DNA of 64,000 nucleotides from NCBI RefSeq assembly GCF_009914755.1, contig NC_060931.1. One strand, written 5' to 3'. Made by a program: the position numbers and the translations under genes. This document shows positions 1 to 28,029 of the stretch, piece by piece (position 1 is the stretch's first letter; each line of letters opens with the position of its first letter). The notes below the pieces were generated by a model. The model was not told where the DNA came from, did no database searches, and worked only from the letters and a program-made list of their open reading frames with translations. The stretch comes from the human T2T-CHM13v2.0 reference genome, Homo sapiens.

Positions 1-143
1 CAAGCGATTCTCCTGCCTCAGCCTCACAAATAGCTGTCATTACAGGTGCCCACCACCACGCCTGGCTAATATATGTATTTTTAGTAGAGACGGGGTTTAA
101 CCATGTTGCCTGGGGTTGGTCTCGAACTCCTGACCTCAGGTGA

Positions 144-873
<730 letters not shown>

Positions 874-1203
874 GAGACCAGTGAGCTTTGTAGCATGTGG
901 ACTTCCCATTTCCTTCTTCCCAACTCTGATAGCTTTAAAATCCAATAGGTTTGGCCAGGTGCACACTTGTAATCCCAGCACTTTGGGAGGCTAAGGTGGG
1001 TAAATTGCTTGAGCCCAGGAGTTTAAGACCAGCCTGGGCAAGATGGCGAGACCCCATATCTACAAAAAATACAAAAATTAGCTAGGCGTGGTGGCACAAG
1101 CCTGTAGTCTCAGGTACTTGGGAGGCTGAAGTGGAAGGATCGCCTGAACCCGGGAAGTCGAGGCTGCAGTGAGCCATGATCATGCCACTGTACTCCAATC
1201 TGA

Positions 1204-1667
<464 letters not shown>

Positions 1668-1717
1668 TCACCTATAAGGCAACTGTCTAGAAAAGCCCCA
1701 CTCAGATGACTTTTTAA

Positions 1718-1891
<174 letters not shown>

Positions 1892-2329
1892 TGAGACGGA
1901 GTCTCGCTCTGTTGCCCAGGCTGGAGTGCAGTGGTGCGATCTTGGCTCACTGCAGGCTCCGCCCCCCGGGGTTCACGCCATTCTCCTGCCTCAGTCTCCC
2001 AAGCAGCTGGGACTACAGGCACCCGCCACGTCGCCCAGGCTAATTTGTTTTTTGCATTTTTAGTACAGACGGGGTTTCACCATGTTAGCCAGGATGGTCT
2101 CGATCTCCTGACCTCGTGATCCACCCGCCTCGGCCTCCCAAAGTGCTGGAATTACAGGTGTGAGCCACCGCGCCCGGCCTACCCAGCTAATTTTTGTATT
2201 TTTAGTGGAAACAGGGTTTCACCATGTTGGCCAGGATGGTCTCGATCTCTTGACCTCGTGATCCACCCTCCTTGGCCTCCCAAAGTGCTGTGATTATAGG
2301 TGTGAGCCACCGCGCCCGGCCTCAGAGGA

Positions 2330-5900
<3,571 letters not shown>

Positions 5901-5909
5901 TTTTTTTTT

Positions 5910-11075
<5,166 letters not shown>

Positions 11076-11076
11076 A

Positions 11077-11231
<155 letters not shown>

Positions 11232-11310
11232 TAGCTAATACTGTATTTTTAGTAAAGACAGGGTTTTACCACATTGGTGAGGCTGGTCTCAAGCTACTGA
11301 CCTCAGGTGA

Positions 11311-11661
<351 letters not shown>

Positions 11662-11924
11662 TGAGCCACTGCACCTAGCCCAACTTTTTTTTTTTTAGAC
11701 GAAGTCTTGCTGTGTCACCCAGGCTGGAGTATAGTGGTGTGATCCTGCCTCACTGCAGTTGCGAACTCCTGGGCTCAAGTGATCCTTCTGCTTCAGCATC
11801 CTAAGTAGCTGAGACCACAGGTGCACACCATCATGTCTGGTTAATTGTTTAATTTTTTTCCCCGCAGGAACAGGGTCTTGCTTTGTTGCCTAGGCTGGTC
11901 TCAAAACCCTGGCCTCAAGGTTTA

Positions 11925-12175
11925 CTACATGCATACAATGTGTATTGATCAAATCAGGGTAATTAGGATATCCATCACCTCAACTATTTGTCATTTCTTT
12001 GTGTTGGAAACATTTTAAATATTTTCTTCTAGCGATTTTGAAATATACAATAAATTATTGCTAACTATAGTCACCCAACTGTGCTATGAAACACAAGAAC
12101 TTATTCCTTCTATCTAACTGTATTTGTGTACTTATTAACCAATTTCTCATCACTCCCTCCTTCATTCTGTTTCCC
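11925..12175 (-). mobile_element. L1MA 3' end fragment
   Basis: ATGCATACAATGTGTATTGATCAAATCAGGGTAATTAGGATATCCATCACCTCAA..., similar to the 3' end at 5960-6130. Confidence 0.7.
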
Positions 12176-12219
12176 ACTGGAGTGCAGTAGTATGATCATG
12201 GCTCACTGTAGCCTCTCTT

Positions 12220-13030
<811 letters not shown>

Positions 13031-13588
13031 GTCCACTCTGAGATCATCCGTCTTCTGGCCACCCTTTGGTTTACATTTTAAGAAAATGTGGACAGAGCTG
13101 TAACTTTCCTCTCCTCTCTCCAGAGAGCTGCCTACCTCTCTGGAGATAGGTATTTTGGCTATTCATTTCCTAGGTTCAAGTTTATCCCAAGACTTGTACA
13201 GTCTCTTCATCACTGCAGGGAGGTGGCCTCTTATCCCCTTAGCCCAGAAGTTTCAGATTCCCCCAGGATTCAGCAGTTTTGAATTCCCAACTCTTCCACT
13301 CCCTCTCATCCCTCCAGCCCTCATCCTTCAGAGACCATCCTGTCACTTAGGCACCACAGTGTTGGGGGAGAAGATCAGTAATGAGGCCCTGGGGCTTTGG
13401 ATCAAGCCAGACCCTTAAGTGGGCCCTGGGAAACCTATTAAGTAACTATTTTCTTATTAAGAGTATAAGTATTCCCTTCTTACTGGGAATAGAAGTTGAA
13501 AGATTGACAGAGATAAGGGAAAAAGGTGTGGTAGAGTCCGTCTCCTCCCATTTCCTACAAAATCCTTCTACAGTTGACTCCGCTCTTA

Positions 13589-13822
<234 letters not shown>

Positions 13823-13825
13823 CTA

Positions 13826-13984
<159 letters not shown>

Positions 13985-14399
13985 TCAAACCACCCCCTCC
14001 CCCCGCCAAAAAAAAAAATAGTTCTGGGAGAAATGAGTGAGTGGGGCACATTCAGGTTGTTGTATAGCTCGTAAGGAATGAGGTAGAAGATGGTAGAGGT
14101 TGAGACCACAAAGCTATGCTGGGTCCATATTGTGACTGTTGGAACCTGGGCTTCTTCCATTCAGAATCCAAGTCATCTTCTCCTCAACTTAAAGTTGATC
14201 TCTTCCTCTCTTAGGAGTCATTGTTAGGACTTGTATTCCTTCCAGGATAGGAAGGTGACCAACTGAGCCTGGCCAACTAAAGAGTGGAGAGTTAGAGAAG
14301 GCTGGAACTCAGGTATGATGGTCTTGAGTCTGGACATGTCCATTACTGGCTTGTTGTTTTTTAGCCTCCCAGCTAATTAATCAGAGTCAATAACATTAT

Positions 14400-14620
14400 T
14401 AGCAATGCTTTAACAACCCTTACCTAGTACTTCCTATGTTCTAACACTTTATATCCATTAACTAATTTGGTCTTCCTTCCTCTACAAAATCGATTCCACT
14501 GTGATCCTCATTTTGCAGTTGAGGAAACTGAGGCAGAGGGTTAAGTCACTTGTCTCTAGTTAGTGGGAGAGCAAAGCTTTGACCAAGGCAGTCTGGCTCA
14601 AACACACACTCTAATCACTC
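14400..14620 (-). mobile_element. MIR SINE
   Basis: MIR core CTCATTTTGCAGTTGAGGAAACTGAGGCAGAGGGTTAAGTCACTTG. Confidence 0.8.
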
Positions 14621-14878
14621 TGCTAGGGGGTCTCACGCTGGTATGTGAGATGAAATTTTTAGAGACAGGGTCTCGCTCCATCACCCACACTGGAGTGCAA
14701 TGGTGTGATCGCGTCTCAGTGTAGCCTTGAATTCCTGGATTCAAGTGATCCTCTTGTCTCATCCTCCCAAGTAGCTGTGGCTCCAGGACTACAGGTGCAC
14801 TCCAGCATGCCAGGCTAATTTTAAAAAAATAAAATTAGTAAAGACGAGATCTTTCTATGTTTCCCAGACTGGTCTTGA

Positions 14879-15205
<327 letters not shown>

Positions 15206-15563
15206 TGATCCACCCACCTCAGTCTCCCAAAGTGCTGGGATTACAGGTGTGAGCCACCGTGTCTGTCCAGATGTCTCTTTTAAATGAGTGTTACATACTC
15301 TAGTCTTCTTTCTCCAGGGATGGTTCCTTTTGGGGTGTGGGTGCCAGGGACTGAGTTCAAAGCTCTTGATAGAATTCACCAACTGAGATTGGGCGCGGTG
15401 GCTCACGTCTGTAACCCTAACACTTTGGGAAGCTGAGGCGGGTGGATCGCCTGAAGTCAGGAGTTCAAGACCAGCCTGGCCAACATGGTAAAACCCCGTC
15501 TCTACTAAAAATACAATAATTAGCCAGGCACGGTGGCAGGCACCTGTAATCCCAGTTTATTCA

Positions 15564-15662
<99 letters not shown>

Positions 15663-15741
15663 TCAGTCTCAAAAAAAGAATTCATAAACATCCCAGTCTC
15701 CAGAACCATGAGTCAAATAAACTTCTGTTCTTTATAAATTA

Positions 15742-16101
<360 letters not shown>

Positions 16102-16449
16102 CTATAAAAAGGGAGTCTTGGGTACAGAAGGCTGGTGGGGCACAGAAGATTCCAAATCTCTCTCTCTCAATCTCTCCTCTCTCTTTTGTAGCCCAGAGCC
16201 TGGTGAGCTACCTGAGCAGGGGGCACTCCATCCAATGTCTTCACTTTTAATTTCCCTGGTACATACAACCTCTGGTCACGTGCCTCATTCTGGTTCTGCA
16301 CTTCTTTTTCTCTGTGTGCCTCTGAGTCTCTCTTTCAGTCCCTTTTCATTTTCTCCGCATTTGGGTGGGAAGATACAGACTGATAAGAGAGACAGAACGG
16401 CAGCATCCCCCTACATACAAGAACAGACTGAAATCAGTCAGTCCTAGGG

Positions 16450-17160
<711 letters not shown>

Positions 17161-17298
17161 CAGCAGGCGTTGCTGTTTTCTGTTCTCTCACTCCCATCGG
17201 TATTTAGAGGGAATACGGGGATATTGCCGAGGAAGGGAAAGTTGGAGACAATGTCAGCGTCTCTGGGCCATTGTCCAGGAAAGCACGGAGGAAAAGCT

Positions 17299-17329
17299 GG
17301 GGTTGGGGGCCCGGGGACTGGGAAAGGGG
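17299..17329 (+). other. Canonical G-quadruplex-forming motif
   Basis: GGGG-TT-GGGGG-CCC-GGGG-ACT-GGG-AAA-GGGG: five G-runs with 2-3 nt loops. Confidence 0.6.
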
Positions 17330-17589
17330 AAAGAGAGATGGGGTGGAAACGTAAAGCCATCCAGGGTCTTGGAAACGGAGCAGCTAGGAGGTGATGCTTG
17401 TCTATGGCATGCCTCTGCCACCCAGATACCTGCATTTTCTTCTCTCCCCCACTGGTTATTTACTCTCTCCAGATATGTCTTCCATCCTGAGATTTTCAGC
17501 CGGTGTAGACTGTAACAAGCACGTGATGAGCCAGAAGCAAAGTAAAAGGACTAAGGACATCTTGCGATTTGGGTAATTTTTATTCATTA

Positions 17590-17715
<126 letters not shown>

Positions 17716-17786
17716 CTACAGGTAATTTTAAAAATTAGCTGGGCATGGTGGTGTGCACCTGTGGTCCCGGCTACTAAGGAGGCTTA

Positions 17787-17882
<96 letters not shown>

Positions 17883-19080
17883 CTACAAAAAATAAGACTT
17901 CCTAAATACAGGAAGCACTGCAGGAGATGTTTTCTATACATCATTTAAATTAATCGCTAAAACAGGCCAGGCGCAGTGGCTCACGCCTGTAATCCCAGCA
18001 CTTTGGGAGGCCAAGGCAGGTGGATCACCTGAAGTGAGGAGTTCAAGACCAGCCTGGCCAACATGGTGACACCCAGTCTCTACTAAAAATACCAAAAAAA
18101 TTTTTTTAAATTTAGCCAGGTGTGGTGGTGCACACCTGTAATCCCAGCTACTCAGGAGGCTGAGGCAGGAGAATCGCTTGGACCCGGAGGCAGAGGTTGC
18201 AATAAGCCGAGATCATGCCACTGCACTCCAGGCTGGGTGACAAGAGCGAAACTCCATCTCAAAAATAAATAAATAAGCCGGGCGCGGTGGTTCACGCCTG
18301 TAATCCCAGCACTTTTAGAGACCGAGACTGGCAGATCACGAGGTCAGGAGATCAAGACCATCCTGGCTAACATGGTAAAACCCCATCTCTACTAAAAATA
18401 CAAAAAAGCCGGGCGTGGTGGTGGGCACCTGTAGTCTCAGCTACTCAGAAGGCTGAGGCAGAAGAATGGCGAGAACTCAGGAGATGGAGCTTGTAGTGAG
18501 CCGAGATCGCACCGCTGCACTCCAGTCTGGGCGACAGAGCGAGACTCTCTCTCAAAAATAAATAAATAAATAAACAAACCAAAACAATCCTGTGGGTTTA
18601 AGGACGTTGCTGATGCTTGAAAATGTTAAAAAATTCCCCCTAAGCTCTCCCGACTCATAAATGAAAGAGTTAAGAGGAAAACGCAGATATGAACCCAAAG
18701 CTCCTGTTTGTCCCTTCACTGTGCCCCAGGCGAAGACAAAAGCTAGGCTCCTGCCTCAGGGAACTGGAAAATTTGATCTTGGGGCACTCTCAGTGGCCAC
18801 AGCCCTTGAGTTCCTCATCAAGGTGGGTAGATGAAGAATCTAAAACCCAGAGAAAAAAATGTAACTTGTCAACATCACATGCCATTCCACAGGCCAGACA
18901 GCAACAGAAACCAAGCCTTTAGACTCCAGCCCCCAGACTTCCCTGAGGTGACCCCAGAATTGGATGAAGAAGGCAACCGCATCTCAGATTGCACTGTACA
19001 CTGGCAAACAGCTGTGCAAATGGGCACTTACACAAACAAATTCGTATAGCTAGAAAGAGCTTTTTCTTTTTTCTTCTTGA

Positions 19081-19194
<114 letters not shown>

Positions 19195-19229
19195 TAGGAT
19201 TACAGGCGTCCACCACCACACCTGGCTAA

Positions 19230-19474
<245 letters not shown>

Positions 19475-19897
19475 TAAGCGATCCTCCCACCTCAGCCTCC
19501 CAAGTAGCTGGGTCTACTGGTGCACACCACCATGCCTGGCTGAATTTTAAATTGTTTGTAGAGACGAGGTCTTTCTGTGTTGCCCAGGCTGGTCTTGAAC
19601 TCCTAGGCTCAAGTGATCTACCTGCCTCGGCCTCCCAGAACGCTGAGATTACAGGCATGAATCCCTGTACCCAGCTAAAAGAGGCTTTTTGGTATGTACA
19701 TTGGTCTGAGGCCCTTCTAAGATCTGTGAATGGGTGTCTGTGAATAGGTATCATATTATGCATCGCTTAACGCCTGCCTTACTGACTTACAATTCTAAAG
19801 TAAACTGATGTCTTCAAACTTTTTTCGAGAAAGGGTCTTGCTCTGTTGCCCAAGCTGGAGTGCAGTGGCTTGATCACAGTTCATAGCAGCCTGGCTC

Positions 19898-20384
19898 TGC
19901 CAAGACCAGCTCGGTCGTGGAGACCCTAACCCAGCGGCGCTAGAGGAATTAAAGACACACACACACAAATATAGAGTGTGGAGTGGGAAATCAGGGGACT
20001 CACAGCCTTCAGAGCTGAGAGCCCCAAACAGAGTTTGACCCACATGTTTATTGACAGTAAGCCAGTGTTAAGCATTGTTTCTATAGATTATAGATTAACT
20101 AAAAGTATTCCTTATGGGAAACAAAGGGATGGGCCAAAACAAAGGGATGGGCTCTGGCTAGTTATCTGCGGCAGGAGCATGTCCTTAAGGCATAGGTCGC
20201 TCATGCCATTGTTTGTGGTTTAAGAACGCCTTTAAGCGGTTTTCCACCCTGGGTGAGCCAGGTGTTCCTTGCCCTCATTCCGGTAAACCCACAACCTTCA
20301 GCGTGGGCCTCATGGCCATCGTGAACATGTCACTGTGCTGCAGAGATTTTGTTTATGGCCAGATTTGGAGGCCTGTTCCCAACA
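19898..20384 (-). mobile_element. MER9 solo LTR (HERV-K9/HML-3)
   Basis: Reverse complement begins TGTTGGGAACAGGCCTCCAAATCTGGCCATAAACAAAATCTCTGCAGCAC and ends GGGTTAGGGTCTCCACGACCGAGCTGGTCTTGGCA. TG...CA ends. 6-bp TSD TGGCTC (19892-97) / CGGCTC (20385-90). Confidence 0.9.
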
Positions 20385-20394
20385 CGGCTCCTGA

Positions 20395-20727
<333 letters not shown>

Positions 20728-21232
20728 TGAGATTATAGGCGTGAGTTGCTGTCTGGCACAAACACAACTTTCAATGGAACCATAAAGTATCAGAACCAGA
20801 GGCCGCATGTGGTAATCCCAACACTTTGGGAGGCCAAGGTGGGCAGATCACCTGAGGTCAGGAGTTCGAGACCAGCCTGGCCAACATGGCAAAACCTCAT
20901 GTCTGCTAAAATTACAAAAATTAGCTGGGTGTGGTGGTGCATGCCTGTAATCCCAGCTACTTGGGAGGCTGAGGAAGGAGAATTAGTTGAACCCAGGAGG
21001 CAGATATTGCACTGAGCCTAGCTCGCGCCACTGCACTCCAGCCTGGGCGACAGAGCGAGACTCTGTCTCAAAAAAAAAATATCTGAACCAGAAGAAACAT
21101 AAAGATCATCTATTTGGGCCAGGCGTGGTGGGTCATGCCTGTAATCCCAGCACTTTGGGAGGCCAAGGCGGGCGGATCATGAGGTCAGGAGATCGAGACC
21201 ATCCTGGCTAACATGGTGAAACCCCGTCTCTA

Positions 21233-21472
<240 letters not shown>

Positions 21473-21784
21473 TCACCCTTACACGGTAGATGTTCAAAGA
21501 TGGATTTCATGGTTCTCAATGCAGTGGCTGTTAGTCTAAGCTCTAAAAAAGTAACCTCAACATACTAACAGCCTCCTGTGAGGAGAGGAACCATTAGTTA
21601 AATATCAAGGAATGGCTCTGATGATGAAATGTATCAGCCTGATCCGGTAGTTTGCTGGACATTGGTGGGCATCCACCCTGGTGGGTGTGTAAGTGTCTTG
21701 AAGCAGGGCGTCAACCTAGCCAGGTAAGGCTTCTGAGGGAAGGCGAGTTTGTGTTCAGTTTCAAAGGGGTAAAGTTTTTAAAAA

Positions 21785-22660
<876 letters not shown>

Positions 22661-23056
22661 TTAAAGGAGTACAAAGTCTTAAGGATTGGGGTACACGAAG
22701 AAAAAGAGGAGGAGAAGGATGTACCTCAGTTGAATGAGTCCAGAGGAAGGCTGGATGGTTGACCTTTGGCTGGGTGCGCAGATGGACGTGATTCTAGTAA
22801 TTTGGGGCAGTATTAACCATGAAGCTGATTTATTGCAGGTACCTCATCTGAGATTGATGGTAACTGATGGCACATGCCAAGGGGCATTTTTAGGGAAGGA
22901 TCCAACAGAATTCGAAACAACTGACTGCAGCACAAGGCGGGAGCCTCTGGCTCTCTGAGGTTCCAGGGCCAGAACCCCAAGTCAGGGGGACAGTGAGAGG
23001 AGGCACCCATGATGGAGAAATAAGGACAGCACAACTAATTCCTTCACTTATCTTGA

Positions 23057-23164
<108 letters not shown>

Positions 23165-23522
23165 TAGCTGGGATTACAGGTGCCCGCCACCACACCCAGC
23201 TAATTTTTATATTTTTAGTAGAGACAGGGTTTCACCATGTTGGCCAGGCTGGTCTCTAACTCCTGACCTTGTGATCTGCCCACCTCGGCCTTCCAAAGTG
23301 CCAGGATTACAGGCATGAGCCAGCACGCCCGGCCATTCCTTCACTTATGATAATTCAGCAAACAACACAGATAAACATAATTCAAATCTTTGATTGCAGG
23401 AAACGGAATTTAGCGGAGTTGCCTACATGACAGTGGGATTAGAGGGTGGCACCGAGCCTGCCTGGGGAACAAGAGTCATCACCCAGGACGTGGCATACAC
23501 GTGCAGCCTTGGAGGATGACTA

Positions 23523-24000
<478 letters not shown>

Positions 24001-24171
24001 TTAAGCAAAGAATTGATACCTGTGGATCCGAAGGGCTGTTCTAATTCGTGGCATGGAAAAGTGATTCAGAAGTTGGCTGCAACTGGAAGATCAGGGAAGA
24101 TCTGTTAGGAAAGAGAAAACAGGGCTAGGCCCAGTGGCTCACTTTGGGAGGTCAAGGCAGGCAGGTCACTA

Positions 24172-24562
<391 letters not shown>

Positions 24563-24906
24563 TTAGAAATAACAGCTTGAGCTTGGGACAGGTTGAGTTG
24601 GAATGGTTGGTGGAACTGTTCAGGAGGCAGTAGAAAATATGGTTCTGGGCTGGGTGTGGTGTGGTGGCTCATGCCTGTAATTCCAGCATTTTGGGAGGCC
24701 AAGGCTCACTTGAGCCCAGGAGTGTTCGACACCAGCCTGGGCAACATAGCAAGAGTCCCATGTCTACACAGATAAAATAAATTAACTGAGCATTGTGGTA
24801 CACACCTGTAGTCCCAGCTACTCAAGAGGCTGGGGCAGGAGTTTCACTTGAAGCCCATAGCTTGAGACCAGCCTGGGTAACACAGCTAGAGTCCCATCTC
24901 TACAAA

Positions 24907-25122
24907 GCTTTTTTTTTTTTTTTACCTTAAAAAAATTTAAAGTTTTTTTAAAATTAAAAATTTTTAAGTTTTTTAAAATTAAAAAAATTTTGTTTTTTTA
25001 AGTTCCTTAAATTTTAAAAATGCTTCAGCTTTTTTTAAAAATTAAGCTTTTTAAAATTAAAAAAGTTATAAAGTCTTCTAGCATTTAAAAAAATGTTAAG
25101 AAGTTTTTAAAAATTTTAAAAC
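24907..25122. repeat. AT-rich low-complexity array of TTTTTAAAATTAAAAA-like units
   Basis: Repeated T-run/A-run blocks directly visible. Confidence 0.85.
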
Positions 25123-25590
25123 ATGGGCTGGGTGTGGTGGCTCACACCTGTAATCCCAGCACTTTGGGAGGCTGAGGCACGAGGATCACTTGAGCCCAGA
25201 AGTTGGAGAACAGCCTGGGCAATATAAGGAGACCCTATTTCTACAAATAATTTTAAAAAAAAAATAGGTGTGGTGGCAGGCACTCATGGTCTCAGTTACT
25301 TGGGGGCTGAGGCAGGAGGACTGCCTCATTCTGGGAGGTTGAGGCTGCAGTGAGCTGTGTGATCAGACCACCACACTCCAACTTAGGTAACAGAATGAGA
25401 CCCTGTCTCAAAAAAAAAAAAAAAAAGTAGGTAGGGTGCAGTAGCCCACCCCTGTAATCCCAGCACTTTGGGAAGCCGAGGCAGACAGATCGCTTGAGTG
25501 CAGGAGTTCAAGACCAGCCTGAGTAACATGGCGAAACCCTGTCTCAACAAAAAATAGAAAAATTAGGGCAGACACGGTGGCTCATGCCTA

Positions 25591-25860
<270 letters not shown>

Positions 25861-26520
25861 TTAGAAAAATTAGCTAGATGAGGCAGTGTTCACCTGCGGT
25901 CCCAACTACCTGGGGGGCTGAGATGGGAGGATTGCTTGAACCCAGGAGGCGGAGAGCACAGTGAGCCAAGATCACACCACTGCCCTCCAGCCTTGGCAAT
26001 GGAGCGAGACCCAGTCTCAATAATGATGATGATATATGATTCTGCATCTAAGAGGAAGGACTGGAACTCTCCTCATGACCATGGCAGCAGCTGCTCTGAC
26101 TCGTGAAGGCTGCTCTTCCTCATGAGGCGGCTGCCCCCGTGGAGAGGGTGGATGCTCTTCCCTGGTAGTTATTTTCTCTGCAACTGAGGGAGAAATGATG
26201 AACCCAGGATTGCAATGGGTTTGTCCTGAATCCAGCAAAGGGGAAGAAAAGGGAATCATAAAGCACCCATCCCAGGGCAGGAGAGATGATGGATGCACTG
26301 TTCTATCAGCTCAGGGCCGGGAGGTGTGCAGGGGGTCAGGCAGCCTCTGTGCACAGAGGATTCTCCCGCTGCTTCTGAGACTTCACCCACGTGGCTCTGT
26401 CTGCAGGACTGGTCATTCCTGCTGCTCAGAACCAGCCCACTCCACGCAGAGATCACCTGGGAGAACCCAGACTCCTTCCAGTCCTTCCCCGCCGGCTGCA
26501 GCTCTTCCTTCTCACTGTAG

Positions 26521-26549
26521 GCTGGGAACCAGGATGCCTGCCTTCCTAG
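26521..26549 (+). other. Predicted 29-nt first coding micro-exon of the olfactory receptor (ATG 26534; MPAFL + G)
   Basis: Acceptor GCTCTTCCTTCTCACTGTAG| ends at 26520. AGG-ATG has A at -3. Donor TAG|GTATGG at 26549/50. Phase 1 matches the acceptor at 26895/96. Confidence 0.65.
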
Positions 26550-26895
26550 GTATGGACGAGGTAGGTTTTAGGAGGTGGGATAGAACTGGGAGGGTGGGTG
26601 GCTACGTCTGAAGGAGAACCCTGGGTGCCTGGAAGCATGCAGGGCACAGCACAGCAGCTCCGGCCATCTGAATTTCCGGGGAACATTGGACTGGGGGAAG
26701 TGAGGGGTGCCCAGGATGGATTGAGGGGAGGATTCTGGGTTCCTGGGAGAAGGTGGGGACAGAGTGAGAAAGGGTAGCCCTCAGAAGGCTGGGCGTGGGG
26801 TTCTGGGGCCTAGGACAGGCAAAAGGCATACAGGTGTCTAGGAGGGAGGTGTCACAGTGACACCTCTCCAGCCTGCACTCCTGTCCCTGCCGCAG

Positions 26896-27981
26896 ACCCC
26901 AACGCGAGCTGCTGGCCTGAGTCCAATGGGACAGCCCTGCAGGAGTTCGTGATCCTGGGCTTCTCCGTGTGGCCCCCGGGGCTCCGCGTGCTGCTCTTCG
27001 TCCTCTTCTTGCCGCTTTACCTGGTCACCCTGGCGGGGAACCTACTGATCCTGGGCCTGGCCCTGGTGGACCCCGCCCTGCACTCGCCAATGTACTTCTT
27101 CCTGGGGGCGCTGTCCGCGGCGCAGGCAGCCTACACGCTGGTGCTCACGCCACGCATGCTGGCCGGCTTCCTCCTGCCCTCCAGGGGCCAGGCTGTGGAC
27201 CCCTCTACCTGCGCCGCCCAGATGGGCCTCTTCGTGGCCCTGGGGGGCTCCGAGTGACTGCTGCTGGCTGCCATGGCCCTAGACCGCTACCTGGCTATCT
27301 GCCATCCACTCTGCTACCCTCGGCTCATGACCATGGACGTCTGCTGGGGCCTGCTTGGCCGCCTGCTGCGCGGGTGGCTCTGTCCTGGCCCTGGGCCTCA
27401 CCGCGGTCATCTTCCAGCTGCCCTTCTGCCGCGGCGGCCTGGTCAACCACGTCTTCTGCGACCTCCCGGCCGTGCTGGTGCTGGCCTGCGGGTGCCGGGC
27501 CCTGCAGGAGCGCGTCCTCCTGGTGGCCTGCCTGCTGCTGCTGGTGCTACCCCTGCTCCTCATCCTGCTCTCCTACACCTGGGTGCTGGTGGTCATCCTG
27601 GGTGTTGGGGGGGTCGCGGGCCGCCGCAAGGCCTTCAACACGGTGGCGTCCCACCTCACCGTGGCTGTGCTCCACTACGGCTGTGCCACGGCCATGTATG
27701 CCAGGCCCCTGAACAGCCGTTCCCTTGAGGAGGACAAGCTGGTCTCGCTCATCTATATCAACGTCACCCCGCTGCTGTACCCGGCCATCTACACGCTGCG
27801 GAACCGGGACATGCAGGAGGCCCTGCAATGCATGGTCGGCCAGAGGACGCTGGGGATGGCCACCAGGTGGATTTTGCCTGATGCTGGGTGCCAGGCGGTG
27901 TCTGTCCTGAGATTTCTCCCACTGAGGGGAATCTCACCATTCTGGAGCCATCTAAGCCTCCCCAACGCCTACGGGGTGTAA
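26896..27981 (+). pseudogene. OR10AH1P: Olfactory receptor pseudogene (class II, family-10-like), main coding exon
   Basis: Motifs EFVILGFS, LYLVTLAGN, LHSPMYFFL, MALDRYLAICHPL, NHVFCDLP, KAFNTVASHL, PLLYPAIYTLRN. TGA at 27255-57 replaces the conserved Cys (SE*LLL). +1 frameshift at ~27354-56. Symbol is from recall of the locus context. Confidence 0.93.
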
Positions 27982-28029
27982 ATCTAAGTATAGCACGCAA
28001 AGACCACCAATCCGACTCCAGCCTAGCGC

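Noticed and set aside
26040-26500. Olfactory promoter (O/E-like TCCCAGGG near 26270)
   Set aside because: A single degenerate site without a clear paired homeodomain motif. Too weak to call.
27255-27260. TGA-C context as read-through or selenocysteine rescue of the OR
   Set aside because: The frameshift ~100 nt downstream would still destroy the receptor, and no SECIS was recognised.
26969-27728. 247-aa and 151-aa overlapping ORFs on the OR
   Set aside because: Off-frame products of GC-rich, stop-poor sequence. The 151-aa ORF is OR only for its first ~28 aa.
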